DNA of 57,529 bases from Candidatus Firestoneibacteriota bacterium. Its GTDB lineage: Bacteria > Oederibacteriota > D2-FULL-39-29 > CAIOVX01. The notes below the pieces were generated by a model. That model did not search any database and had not been told where the DNA came from. It was given only the letters and a program-made list of their open reading frames with translations. A program made the translations under genes and the position numbers. Below are positions 18,645 to 26,956 of this stretch, one piece after another; the stretch's first letter is position 1, and every line of letters begins with the position of its first letter. The stretch spans positions 1 to 57,529 of the forward strand of contig CAITPB010000233.1 in NCBI GenBank assembly GCA_903894145.1, in the 5' to 3' direction.

Positions 18645-18698
18645 GAACGGAAGCCTTAAATAAAGGGCAATGTGCCGCCGCCTTAAGGGCAACCTAGT

Positions 18699-19949
18699 CT
18701 ATTTAACCCGTTTAATTTTTGCCCCCAGCATCTCAAACTTTTTCTCAATCCTCTCGTACCCGCGGTCGAGGTGATAGATCCTCGAGATTTCCGTTGTGCC
18801 TCTTGCGCGAAGGCCCGCAAGCACGAGAGAAGCGCCGGCGCGAAGGTCAGAGACCATAACAGGAGCCCCGGAAAGGCCGGCCACTCCCTCTACAACGGCT
18901 GTATTGCCTTTGACCGAGATATTGGCGCCCATCCTGTTTAATTCAGGGATGTGCATGAAGCGCTTTTCCCAAATAGTCTCGTTTATAATGCTTGCCCCTG
19001 AAGAAAGCGACATCAGCGCAGACCACTGGGCCTGCATATCGGTAGGGAATCCGGGATACGGGCGGGTTTCAATGCTCGCCGGTTTTGGCCGTTCCACGCC
19101 CTGCACCGTTAGTTTTGTCCCGGTCTTTTTAATTTTACAACCGGCTTCTTCAAGTTTCTGAATTATTATCTCAATATGTTCCAGAGGGGCATTATTGATG
19201 GTAATCTTGCTGTTAGTTATTCCCGCCGCTGCCATAAAAGTTCCTGCTTCTATATAGTCCGGAGTTATCTCATGCTTGCAACCCTTTAGTTCTGGAACTC
19301 CTCTAATTTCTATCTCCTTGCTTCCATATCCCGTGATTTTTGCGCCAAGCTTATTGAGGAAACGCGCAAGGTCGGCAATATGCGGTTCACAGGCGGCATT
19401 CGAGATTACGGTCCGTCCTTCCGCCAGTACTGCTGCCATTATGATGTTAGCAGTGGCGCCGACACTCACAACATCAAAGTTTATCTCGGTTCCTTTAAGT
19501 TTTTTCGCTTTTGCTTTTATGTAGCCGTGTTCAATGGTTATCTTAGCTCCCATTTTCTCAAATCCCTGCAGGTGCAGGTTTATGGGGCGTTCTCCTATAA
19601 CACAGCCGCCGGGAAGCGCGACTTCTGCCTGCCTGTACCTGCCTAGCAGGGCGCCCATTACATACACAGAAGCTCTCATGGTCTTGACGAGGTCGTAGGG
19701 AGCTTTAAAGTTGGTTATATTTTTGTTCCGGATGTAAAGAGTATTACCCGTGAAATCAGTATCACCGCCGACTGTCTTGATAAGCTTGTTCATGACAAGC
19801 ACGTCATTGAGCCTTGGTACGTTGGTCAGCGCGCATTCTTTCGCGGTCAATATAGTTGACGCAATTATTGGAAGGGCCGCGTTCTTTGAACCTGATATGC
19901 TTACGCTGCCAGAGAGTTTATTTCTCCCTTCTACTATTATTTTGTCCAT
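18699..19949 (-). CDS. murA: UDP-N-acetylglucosamine 1-carboxyvinyltransferase
   Basis: 416 aa. Active-site loop LPGGCVIGERPINLH. GGAG SD 6 nt upstream. Confidence 0.96.
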   Translation of the reverse strand: MDKIIVEGRNKLSGSVSISGSKNAALPIIASTILTAKECALTNVPRLNDVLVMNKLIKTVGGDTDFTGNTLYIRNKNITNFKAPYDLVKTMRASVYVMGALLGRYRQAEVALPGGCVIGERPINLHLQGFEKMGAKITIEHGYIKAKAKKLKGTEINFDVVSVGATANIIMAAVLAEGRTVISNAACEPHIADLARFLNKLGAKITGYGSKEIEIRGVPELKGCKHEITPDYIEAGTFMAAAGITNSKITINNAPLEHIEIIIQKLEEAGCKIKKTGTKLTVQGVERPKPASIETRPYPGFPTDMQAQWSALMSLSSGASIINETIWEKRFMHIPELNRMGANISVKGNTAVVEGVAGLSGAPVMVSDLRAGASLVLAGLRARGTTEISRIYHLDRGYERIEKKFEMLGAKIKRVK

Positions 19950-19996
19950 TATGTCTCCGGTGTTTGAATTATCAACTGAGCAAACATATTTCGTTT

Positions 19997-20071
19997 ATGC
20001 CGAAGAAACCCCGCCATTTATGGCGGGAATGTCCGCCAAAGGCGGATCCGCCTCCGGCGGAAATTCGGCAT
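19997..20071 (-). ncRNA. Candidate structured RNA or DNA element: 75-nt four-way junction with three near-identical CCGCC/GGCGG hairpins
   Basis: Outer stem ATGCCGAA (19997-20004) pairs with TTCGGCAT (20064-20071). The hairpins are at 20010-20027, 20032-20046 and 20047-20061, each with a 6-bp stem. The strand is assigned only from the flanking genes. Confidence 0.35.
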
Positions 20072-20104
20072 GAAATATATTTCTACCAAACGAAACAAAA
20101 TGCT

Positions 20105-20123
20105 CTCGGCCTTCAGGCCGAAG
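20105..20123 (-). terminator. Probable intrinsic terminator after prmC
   Basis: The minus strand reads CTTCGGCCtgaaGGCCGAGagcATTTTGTTT. It begins 12 nt after the prmC TAG. Confidence 0.5.
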
Positions 20124-20135
20124 TATTTTATTTTA

Positions 20136-20987
20136 CTATATCTTGCGCGCAATTACCACGCGTTCAATATAGGCGAGGTCTCTGACTACTTTGATGCCGC
20201 CGAACTTCCCTGTGGATTCTATCATGTCTGAAACCTGTCCAGCCTGCCTGTAGCCGACTTCGAAAAGTAATTTACCTCCGGGGAGCAGTCTTGAGGGCGC
20301 CTCGAACAGTATTTTCCGGTAAAAATCCAGGCCATCGCTTCCGCCGCGCAGGGCGTTTTCGGGCTCAAAGAGCCTGGTTTCAGGCAGCAGGGATGCGTAT
20401 TCCTCGTTTGTAACATACGGAGGATTGCTGATAATCAGGTCAAAGGTCTCATCCGGGCCAAGCGCGTCAAAAAGGTCGCTCCTTAAGAATCTAATCCCGG
20501 GGACACCATTCGCTCTCGCGTTCTTTCTTGCAGTCAAGAGAGCCGCTTCAGAAATATCAACAGCCGTAATATCAGCTTCAGGCAGGGATTTCTTGAGGCA
20601 GACGGCTATGCAGCCGGAACCGGTGCCGAGATCAAGAATATTTGGAGCAATGAGGGTTTTTGCCAGAGTCGCCGCCTGTTCTACAAGATGTTCGGTTTCC
20701 GGGCGGGGTATGAGTACGCTGCGGTTAACAATAAAAACAGAGTCCATAAACTCTTTATGTCCGGTTATATAGGATACCGGCTCAAAGGCAGCCCTTCTTT
20801 TCAGGTAAGCCAAGAAAATAGATGTTTTATCGGGTGTGACGGTTCTGTCTGGGTTTGTGTATAGATCAAGTTTTTTTAAGTTCAGAGCAAAACACAGAAG
20901 AAGTTCTGAGTCTCTGGCGGGGTTGATCAGTCCACTTTCTGTTAAAAGTCCTGTCCCTTCCGAAAGAAGTTCCCGGACTGAACTCAT
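20136..20987 (-). CDS. prmC: Release-factor glutamine N5-methyltransferase
   Basis: LDLGTGSGCIA SAM motif and NPPY motif (IISNPPYV). 4-nt overlap with prfA. Confidence 0.93.
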   Translation of the reverse strand: MSSVRELLSEGTGLLTESGLINPARDSELLLCFALNLKKLDLYTNPDRTVTPDKTSIFLAYLKRRAAFEPVSYITGHKEFMDSVFIVNRSVLIPRPETEHLVEQAATLAKTLIAPNILDLGTGSGCIAVCLKKSLPEADITAVDISEAALLTARKNARANGVPGIRFLRSDLFDALGPDETFDLIISNPPYVTNEEYASLLPETRLFEPENALRGGSDGLDFYRKILFEAPSRLLPGGKLLFEVGYRQAGQVSDMIESTGKFGGIKVVRDLAYIERVVIARKI

Positions 20988-22057
20988 ACGGCTTTTTCGA
21001 GAGCTTTTAGTTGTTCTTCGTGATAGGCCTCGATTATAGGATTGAAGACCTGGTCGAGCTCCCCTTCCAGCACGCTGGGAAGGTTGTAGATGGTAAGGCC
21101 GATGCGGTGATCGGTCATACGGTTTTGAGGGTAGTTATAAGTGCGGATCTTTTCGCTTCTTTCGCCTGTGCCGATCTGGGATTTCCTGTCTTTCGAGATA
21201 GCCGCCTGCTGTTCCGCGATCTTTAAGTCCAGCAGTTTTGCCATTAGAACTTTCATGGCCTTGGCCCTGTTCTTGAGCTGGGATCTTTCATCCTGGCAGG
21301 CAACTACAATGCCTGTCGGTTCATGTGTGAGCCTGACCGCAGAGTAGGTTGTGTTGACACTCTGCCCGCCGGCTCCCGAAGAGCAGTAAAGGTCTATTCT
21401 GATATCGCTCTGTTTGACATCCAGGTCAACCTCCTCCGCTTCAGGCATCACAGCTACCGTGACGGTTGAGGTGTGAATACGTCCCGAGGCTTCGGTTGCG
21501 GGCACTCTCTGAACGCGGTGTACTCCGCTTTCGTATCTCATCTTGCCGTAGACATCACCGCCTTCCATGGAAAATACAATCTCCTTGAAGCCGCCAAGTC
21601 CCGTCGGGCTGGAGCTTAAGATTTCAATTTTCCAGTTCTTTTTCTCGGCGTAACGGGAGTACATTCTAAAAAGTTCGGCGGCAAAGAGAGCTGCCTCGTC
21701 GCCGCCGGTGCCGGCCCGTATTTCGACGATGGTGTTCTTCTCGTCGTTCGGGTCTTTCGGGATGAGAAGGTATTTAATCTCCTTCTCCATCTCTATTCTT
21801 TTTGTTTCAAGTTCTTTAACTTCGGTTCTTGCCATTTCCGCAAGTTCCGCGTCAGCGACTTTGGTCATTTCAGCGCCGCCTTCCAGGTCGCAGACCAGCT
21901 TGCGGTAGACAGCGGCTTTTTCAACAAGCACAGAAAGCGAAGACAGCCGCTTCATTGAAGCCTGGTACTTCTGCTTGTCGCTTGCAGTAGCAGGATCTGA
22001 AAGGACTTTTGTAAGTTCTTCGTATTCCTTCTCTATAGCTTTCAGCTTGTCTAGCAT
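20984..22057 (-). CDS. prfA: Peptide chain release factor 1
   Basis: 357 aa with SGAGGQSVNTT (GGQ) and PAT-type (PATEASGR) motifs. Confidence 0.96.
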   Translation of the reverse strand: MLDKLKAIEKEYEELTKVLSDPATASDKQKYQASMKRLSSLSVLVEKAAVYRKLVCDLEGGAEMTKVADAELAEMARTEVKELETKRIEMEKEIKYLLIPKDPNDEKNTIVEIRAGTGGDEAALFAAELFRMYSRYAEKKNWKIEILSSSPTGLGGFKEIVFSMEGGDVYGKMRYESGVHRVQRVPATEASGRIHTSTVTVAVMPEAEEVDLDVKQSDIRIDLYCSSGAGGQSVNTTYSAVRLTHEPTGIVVACQDERSQLKNRAKAMKVLMAKLLDLKIAEQQAAISKDRKSQIGTGERSEKIRTYNYPQNRMTDHRIGLTIYNLPSVLEGELDQVFNPIIEAYHEEQLKALEKAV

Positions 22058-22062
22058 ACTCC

Positions 22063-22326
22063 TTATGCTTTGGCTTCGGTTTTTACCGCAGGTTTTGCTG
22101 CAGCCGCTTTCTTGTCTGCTTTTTCTTTGGTTGCGGCGACTCTCTTCTTGAACTTGTCAACCCTTCCCGCTGTGTCAACCAGCTTCTGCTGTCCGGTGTA
22201 GAAAGGATGGCATGCCGAGCAGACTTCGATCTTGATGCCCGGTTTTGTTGAACGGGTCTTGATGACATTGCCGCAGGCGCACGCTATGTCGGTCTCTTTG
22301 TATTGCGGGTGTATCTTGGCTTTCAT
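22063..22326 (-). CDS. rpmE: 50S ribosomal protein L31 (Zn-ribbon type, with a Lys/Ala-rich C-terminal tail)
   Basis: MKAKIHPQY...CACG...[13 protein letters not shown]. Confidence 0.93.
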   Translation of the reverse strand: MKAKIHPQYKETDIACACGNVIKTRSTKPGIKIEVCSACHPFYTGQQKLVDTAGRVDKFKKRVAATKEKADKKAAAAKPAVKTEAKA

Positions 22327-22358
22327 GGTTTTATCTCCTGTTTAAATGATATTTAAAT

Positions 22359-22373
22359 CCGGCCGAAGGCCGG
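22359..22373 (-). terminator. GC hairpin immediately after the rho stop (terminator or stabiliser)
   Basis: CCGGCCttcGGCCGG followed by ATTTAAATATCATTT on the minus strand. The T tract is weak. Confidence 0.45.
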
Positions 22374-22374
22374 T

Positions 22375-23628
22375 TTAGTCTATCGCTCTCATGTTAGAAA
22401 GAAATTCTTTGTTGCTCTTTGTCCTTTTCAGTTTTTCAATGAAAAGCGCCATTGCTTCATCTGAAGGTTTCGCGTCCCAGAGTTTTCTTAGCATCCAAAC
22501 CTTGGAAAGGTCAGCCGGCGACATCAGGAGTTCTTCCCTTCTGGTACTTGACCTGTTCACATCTATTGCCGGGAATACCCGTTTATCCACAAGTTTTCTG
22601 TCAAGGACGACTTCCATATTACCGGTGCCTTTGAATTCCTCGAAGATTACTTCGTCCATGCGCGAGCCTGTATCTACAAGAGCGGTGGCAATTATGGTCA
22701 AACTCCCGCCTTCTTCTATGTCCCTGGCAGCTCCGAAGAAACGTTTAGGTTTCTGCAGGGCGTTAGAATCAACGCCGCCAGAGAGTACTTTTCCTGAGGA
22801 AGGCACTACGGTGTTGTAAGCCCGTCCCAGCCTCGTAATGCTGTCGAGAAGTATTACAACGTCTTTCTTGTATTCTACGAGCCTCTTGGCTTTTTCTATA
22901 ACCATCTCGGCGACCTGCACGTGTCTTTCCGGTACTTCGTCGAACGTGGAACTGACTACTTCTGCCTTAACGGAGCGCTGCATATCCGTGACTTCTTCCG
23001 GGCGCTCATCTATGAGAAGGATTATAAGGTAAATCTCCGGATGATTCAAGGTTATGCTGTTTGCTATCTTTTGCAGAAGTATAGTTTTCCCGGCTTTCGG
23101 CGGCGAAGTAATGAGGCCTCTTTGACCTTTGCCGATAGGGCAGATAAGGTCCATTATCCTCATTGAAACTTCAGAGGGTTCGCGTTCGAGTATTATCTTC
23201 TTTGTGGGATAAAGCGGCGTAAGGTTATCGAAAAGTATCCTTGTTTTTGCGCTTTCGGGCGGTTCGGAATTTACTGCTTCTATCTTCAAGAGCGCGAAAT
23301 ACCTTTCTCCCTCTTTCGGCGGTCGTGCCTGGCCGGAGACTGTATCGCCTTTTTTAAGATCGAATTTCCTGATCTGAGAGGGTGACACATAAATATCGTC
23401 CGGGGACGGGAGATAGTTGTAGTTAGGCGACCTCAAAAAGCCGAAACCGTCCGGGAGGACTTCTAGAACTCCGTCCTTGAATTCTAGTCCGTCTTTTGCG
23501 CTCTGCCCCTGCAGGAGCTTGAAAATCAAGTCCTGTTTTTTTAGACCGCTAATCTCTTCAAGGCGCATATCCTGAGCCATCTTGACAAGCTCGGCTATCT
23601 TTTTTTTCTTCAGTTCAACTATGTCCAT
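22375..23628 (-). CDS. rho: Transcription termination factor Rho
   Basis: 417 aa. N-terminal RNA-binding region (GFGFLR) and Walker A PPKAGKT. Confidence 0.97.
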   Translation of the reverse strand: MDIVELKKKKIAELVKMAQDMRLEEISGLKKQDLIFKLLQGQSAKDGLEFKDGVLEVLPDGFGFLRSPNYNYLPSPDDIYVSPSQIRKFDLKKGDTVSGQARPPKEGERYFALLKIEAVNSEPPESAKTRILFDNLTPLYPTKKIILEREPSEVSMRIMDLICPIGKGQRGLITSPPKAGKTILLQKIANSITLNHPEIYLIILLIDERPEEVTDMQRSVKAEVVSSTFDEVPERHVQVAEMVIEKAKRLVEYKKDVVILLDSITRLGRAYNTVVPSSGKVLSGGVDSNALQKPKRFFGAARDIEEGGSLTIIATALVDTGSRMDEVIFEEFKGTGNMEVVLDRKLVDKRVFPAIDVNRSSTRREELLMSPADLSKVWMLRKLWDAKPSDEAMALFIEKLKRTKSNKEFLSNMRAID

Positions 23629-23729
23629 CTAAACCCTCCATATGGAATCTTTCGATTGTGCTGAGGCTGTTAATGCGGGTAACTTGCGGAAAAACGCCTG
23701 TAAAATGTTATTTGTGATTGTTGATCCGG

Positions 23730-23738
23730 ATTTTAGCA
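23730..23738 (-). promoter_or_regulatory. Extended -10 promoter TGCTAAAAT for rho, predicting a leader of about 95 nt
   Basis: The minus strand reads tTTGCTAAAATccggatc. The same TTGCTAAAAT word precedes cinA and tRNA-Thr. Confidence 0.5.
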
Positions 23739-23811
23739 AAGCATGAATATTTGCGACGGAAAGCAGGTAAACTCCGGGAAACTTAATAGATTTTATCCGT
23801 TTTATCAGTTC

Positions 23812-23840
23812 TTGTCAAGCGCTTTTATTTGTAGTACAAT
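23812..23840 (+). promoter_or_regulatory. Sigma70-type promoter, TTGTCA-17 nt-TACAAT, 7 nt before the ATG at 23848 (leaderless geometry)
   Basis: The plus strand reads TTGTCAagcgcttttatttgtagTACAATacttttcATG. Confidence 0.6.
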
Positions 23841-23847
23841 ACTTTTC

Positions 23848-25101
23848 ATGTTTAAAGGATTTCCGGCGTTCCTCAAAACGAAAACAAGCCTCATTTTACT
23901 TGGCACTTTTCTTGCCGTGCTTATTTACGCGCTTACAAGGAGAACAGTTGATTTTTATCCATTCTACTGGATAACAAGAGAACTTCTCTACCTGAACGCT
24001 GATTTGTACGGAACCCACCCCGCCTTTTCTTATCCGCCGTTCTTTTATTGCGTTGTTGCTCCTTTTGCTGTTTTTCAGGCGAAGGTAGCTTTCGGGCTTT
24101 GGATTGCTTTCTCCGTGGCGCTGCTTTTTGCGGCAATCTTTCTTGTTCTAAAAATGCTGCAATCTGTTCCTTCCGGCAGCCCTGTCTTCCTTACAGAGAG
24201 CTGGAACAAGGCGTATCTGGGCCTGGCACTAGTCCTTTTTATTGTTTTTGACAATCTTTATCTTGGACAGAGCAATATCCTTGTATTTTTTCTGACTGTA
24301 TTTTCCATCTATCTTTTTGAAGACGGCAGGGAATATTTGAGCGGAATTACAATCGCTGCCGCCATTGCAATAAAGATAACACCAGCCCTTTTCCTGGTAT
24401 ACTTCATTTTTAGAGGAGGCAGGAAGGTATTTACCGGAGCCCTCGCAGGCCTGGCGGCATTCTTCTTTATAATTCCGTCAATGTTTTTCGGGGTTGCCAG
24501 GAGCAACGGTTTCTTCCGGGATTTTATCTCCCAGGTTATCCTTCCTTTTGCGAAGAACGACACGATTATCAGAGAAACGGTCTATTACACTCACACAAAT
24601 CAATCGCTGGACGCGTTCCTGGTCAGGCACTTCACGCCGATGGGAGCCGAATGGTATCCTGCCACAGGGGTTCATAAGTTTATCGACCCTGCTTTTTTTA
24701 CGGTAGGCCAGGTAAAAGCATTTTCGGCTTTCTTTAAAGTATTTCTCCTTTCGTTCTTCGCCTTTATTTTCCGCGGGGCGCCAAAGAAATTGCGACGACT
24801 GGAGTATTCCCTTGTCTTCCTGCTGGTATTCTATATATCTCCTTCTTCCTGGCTTTCGCACTACATCGCGGTCATATTTGCCTATTACACGGCTATTTTC
24901 TGGTTTAGTTGCGGGACCGGCGAAGCAAACCGGAACACAATACTCCTTGGCCTTTTCTCGGCGGTTATACTGACTGCCACGGGTACCACCCCGTTTTTGC
25001 AGAGTTTCTCCGGAATGTTCATCGGACATTTCATTCTGTTCGTATGCCTGACAATAGTTTACCTAAGAGAAAAGCGTATTTCTAAAACGGTTTTGTCTTG
25101 A
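23848..25101 (+). CDS. Polytopic membrane glycosyltransferase, GT87/DUF2029-like
   Basis: Multi-TM protein with DFYPFYW and YPPFFY segments typical of DUF2029 mannosyltransferase-like proteins. I chose the start at 23848 because a promoter lies inside the track's longer ORF (23743), which would also overlap the rho promoter. Confidence 0.65.
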   Translation: MFKGFPAFLKTKTSLILLGTFLAVLIYALTRRTVDFYPFYWITRELLYLNADLYGTHPAFSYPPFFYCVVAPFAVFQAKVAFGLWIAFSVALLFAAIFLVLKMLQSVPSGSPVFLTESWNKAYLGLALVLFIVFDNLYLGQSNILVFFLTVFSIYLFEDGREYLSGITIAAAIAIKITPALFLVYFIFRGGRKVFTGALAGLAAFFFIIPSMFFGVARSNGFFRDFISQVILPFAKNDTIIRETVYYTHTNQSLDAFLVRHFTPMGAEWYPATGVHKFIDPAFFTVGQVKAFSAFFKVFLLSFFAFIFRGAPKKLRRLEYSLVFLLVFYISPSSWLSHYIAVIFAYYTAIFWFSCGTGEANRNTILLGLFSAVILTATGTTPFLQSFSGMFIGHFILFVCLTIVYLREKRISKTVLS

Positions 25102-25147
25102 GCAGACGGGACCGCGGAGTTATTCGACAAATCTCGGATCAGTAATT

Positions 25148-25477
25148 CTAACCTGATATTCCAGAGCGCTCAGCTGTGTTGTTTTCAAATATCCGTTGCG
25201 CTGAAGGGATAGGGCCCTTTATTTTATTGATTTCTTCCTGGTAGGCTGAGAGTATTTTTGACTCAATGTTTTGCCGGGTATCGTTATCGAGAGGGTGGGC
25301 TATATCTTTGAAGGTTCCGTCAGGCTTCTTTTTGCTTGGCATCGCTACAAACATGCCAGTGTTTCCGTTAATTACTTTCAGGTCCCTGACTACAAAACAT
25401 TTGTCGAAAGTTACTGCTGCGTAGGCTTTAAGTTTTTCTTCATTCCTAAGGTGAATCCTTACTTCGGTGATCTCCAT
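25148..25477 (-). CDS. spoVG: SpoVG family protein
   Basis: MEITEVRIHLRNEEKLKAYAAVTFDKCFVVRDLKVI...FVAMPS. GGAGGA SD. Confidence 0.93.
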   Translation of the reverse strand: MEITEVRIHLRNEEKLKAYAAVTFDKCFVVRDLKVINGNTGMFVAMPSKKKPDGTFKDIAHPLDNDTRQNIESKILSAYQEEINKIKGPIPSAQRIFENNTAERSGISG

Positions 25478-26345
25478 CTGATCCTCCTTTCGGTTCCTGC
25501 CCCTCGAAGGATGTTGCTGTTTTAACCCAGGGGTACTTTTCTCCCAGCTGCGCGGCTATTTCTTCGGCTTGGCGGAAAGACCGGGCAGTGCCAAAAACAG
25601 TAAGCCCGCTTCCGCTCATTAGAGCGCCTTTTGCTCCCGCTGCGAGTAAATCAGTTTTAATCCTGTCTATGACAGGATAGAGACCGGCCACAACAGGCTC
25701 GAGGTCATTGAAGAGAATAGCTTTGACGCCGGCATTAGAAAAATCTAATAGAGTATTATCGTCAAAGACGCTGCCTTTTGTCAATTCAAATTTGAACTTT
25801 CGGTAAATATCTTTTGTGGAAGGCTTTTTTATCCCCGGGTTTACCAGTACGAAATGCAGCTTTTTCGTTTGAATTAGATTTCTCAGCCGTTCTCCAACCC
25901 CTTCAGCCAGCGCCCTGCCGGGATTAAGGAAGAAAGGAACATCCGACCCGCAAAGCAGGGCCAGGCGCGCAAGTTCCTGCTTCGGTGTTTTTAGCCCGAA
26001 AAGCCTGTCAATGCCGGTCAAGGTGAACGCGGCGTTTCCCGAACCTCCGCCGAGCCCCGCCAGCGAGGGTATGCGTTTTCTGATACTAATTTTTACCCCC
26101 GGGCAATTCCGTCCTGCCAGCAGCAGAGCGGCAGCCTTATACGCGATATTTGTTTCGCCTCCTGGGATATCAGGGTCATCGCATATAACTTCTATCCCGG
26201 ACGCCGTTTTCTCAAGCGTGAGTTCATCAAAAATATCAACGGCCTGAAAAAGCGTCTTTAGCTCGTGATAACCGTCGGCCCTCTTACCCGTTATTTTAAG
26301 ATACAGGTTAATTTTTGCCGGAGATAAAAGCGTCAGTTTATCCAT
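25446..26345 (-). CDS. ispE: 4-diphosphocytidyl-2-C-methyl-D-erythritol kinase
   Basis: AKINLYLKI and PSLAGLGGGSGNAA GHMP-kinase motifs. Confidence 0.93.
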   Translation of the reverse strand: MDKLTLLSPAKINLYLKITGKRADGYHELKTLFQAVDIFDELTLEKTASGIEVICDDPDIPGGETNIAYKAAALLLAGRNCPGVKISIRKRIPSLAGLGGGSGNAAFTLTGIDRLFGLKTPKQELARLALLCGSDVPFFLNPGRALAEGVGERLRNLIQTKKLHFVLVNPGIKKPSTKDIYRKFKFELTKGSVFDDNTLLDFSNAGVKAILFNDLEPVVAGLYPVIDRIKTDLLAAGAKGALMSGSGLTVFGTARSFRQAEEIAAQLGEKYPWVKTATSFEGQEPKGGSDGDHRSKDSP

Positions 26346-26956
26346 GATTCAAGCGACCTCACTATCGCGTCTTCGCTTATCTTCACCGCGCTTGCCGGCA
26401 CCTTTAGCCGGAAAAGTTCGGGGTCATAGCGAAAGGAAATGTCCGGTTTAATAAAGTCCATTTTTGCCCCGCTCTCTTTCCCATAAAGTTCAACGCTATA
26501 GGGCAGTTCTGACCCGTCTTGCAGCGCTTCGTATTTTAGTCTGAAGTTTAGGGTCTTCTTGTTGAGTTTAAGAACGTAAGGATTAGCCGCATTGCCCGAG
26601 AATAGGCGGCATAATGCCGGGCCGGCGTCCTTGACCTCTTCATCGTAATAAAGGTTTGATTGGTAGAGATACACTCTGAGACGCCCGGCGTCAGCCGAAA
26701 GACCGGCAACTGGTTCGTTCAGAAAACCCCGCACTTCCATTTTAAAGTACGGCTCTGACCAGGCAAGCGTGCACTTTTTCTTGAGTCTCCCTTTGGGGGA
26801 AGAAAGGGTCACCATTACCTGCGTTTTTACGGCCACAGGTTCTTTCTTCAGGGAAGGCGCGACGGCAGCGCAGCCGGCCAAAAGGACGCTGATGAGGGCC
26901 GCCGCGGCAAGTTTAGCGAACGGAGTTTTGAAGCTGTTTGAGTTTTTTCTTCGCAT
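26333..26956 (-). CDS. LolB-like outer-membrane lipoprotein
   Basis: Lipobox LLAGC. The fold assignment rests on size and on the conserved position directly upstream of ispE. I prefer the start at 26956, where GGGGA sits 6 nt upstream; the track start is 26962. Confidence 0.6.
   Translation of the reverse strand: MRRKNSNSFKTPFAKLAAAALISVLLAGCAAVAPSLKKEPVAVKTQVMVTLSSPKGRLKKKCTLAWSEPYFKMEVRGFLNEPVAGLSADAGRLRVYLYQSNLYYDEEVKDAGPALCRLFSGNAANPYVLKLNKKTLNFRLKYEALQDGSELPYSVELYGKESGAKMDFIKPDISFRYDPELFRLKVPASAVKISEDAIVRSLESWIN

Noticed and set aside
18645-18698. Possible terminator hairpin between murA and hisD (GCCCTTAAGGC...GCCCTTTATTTAAGGC).
   Set aside because: Only short or bulged pairings exist and no T tract follows. 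I cannot support a terminator call.
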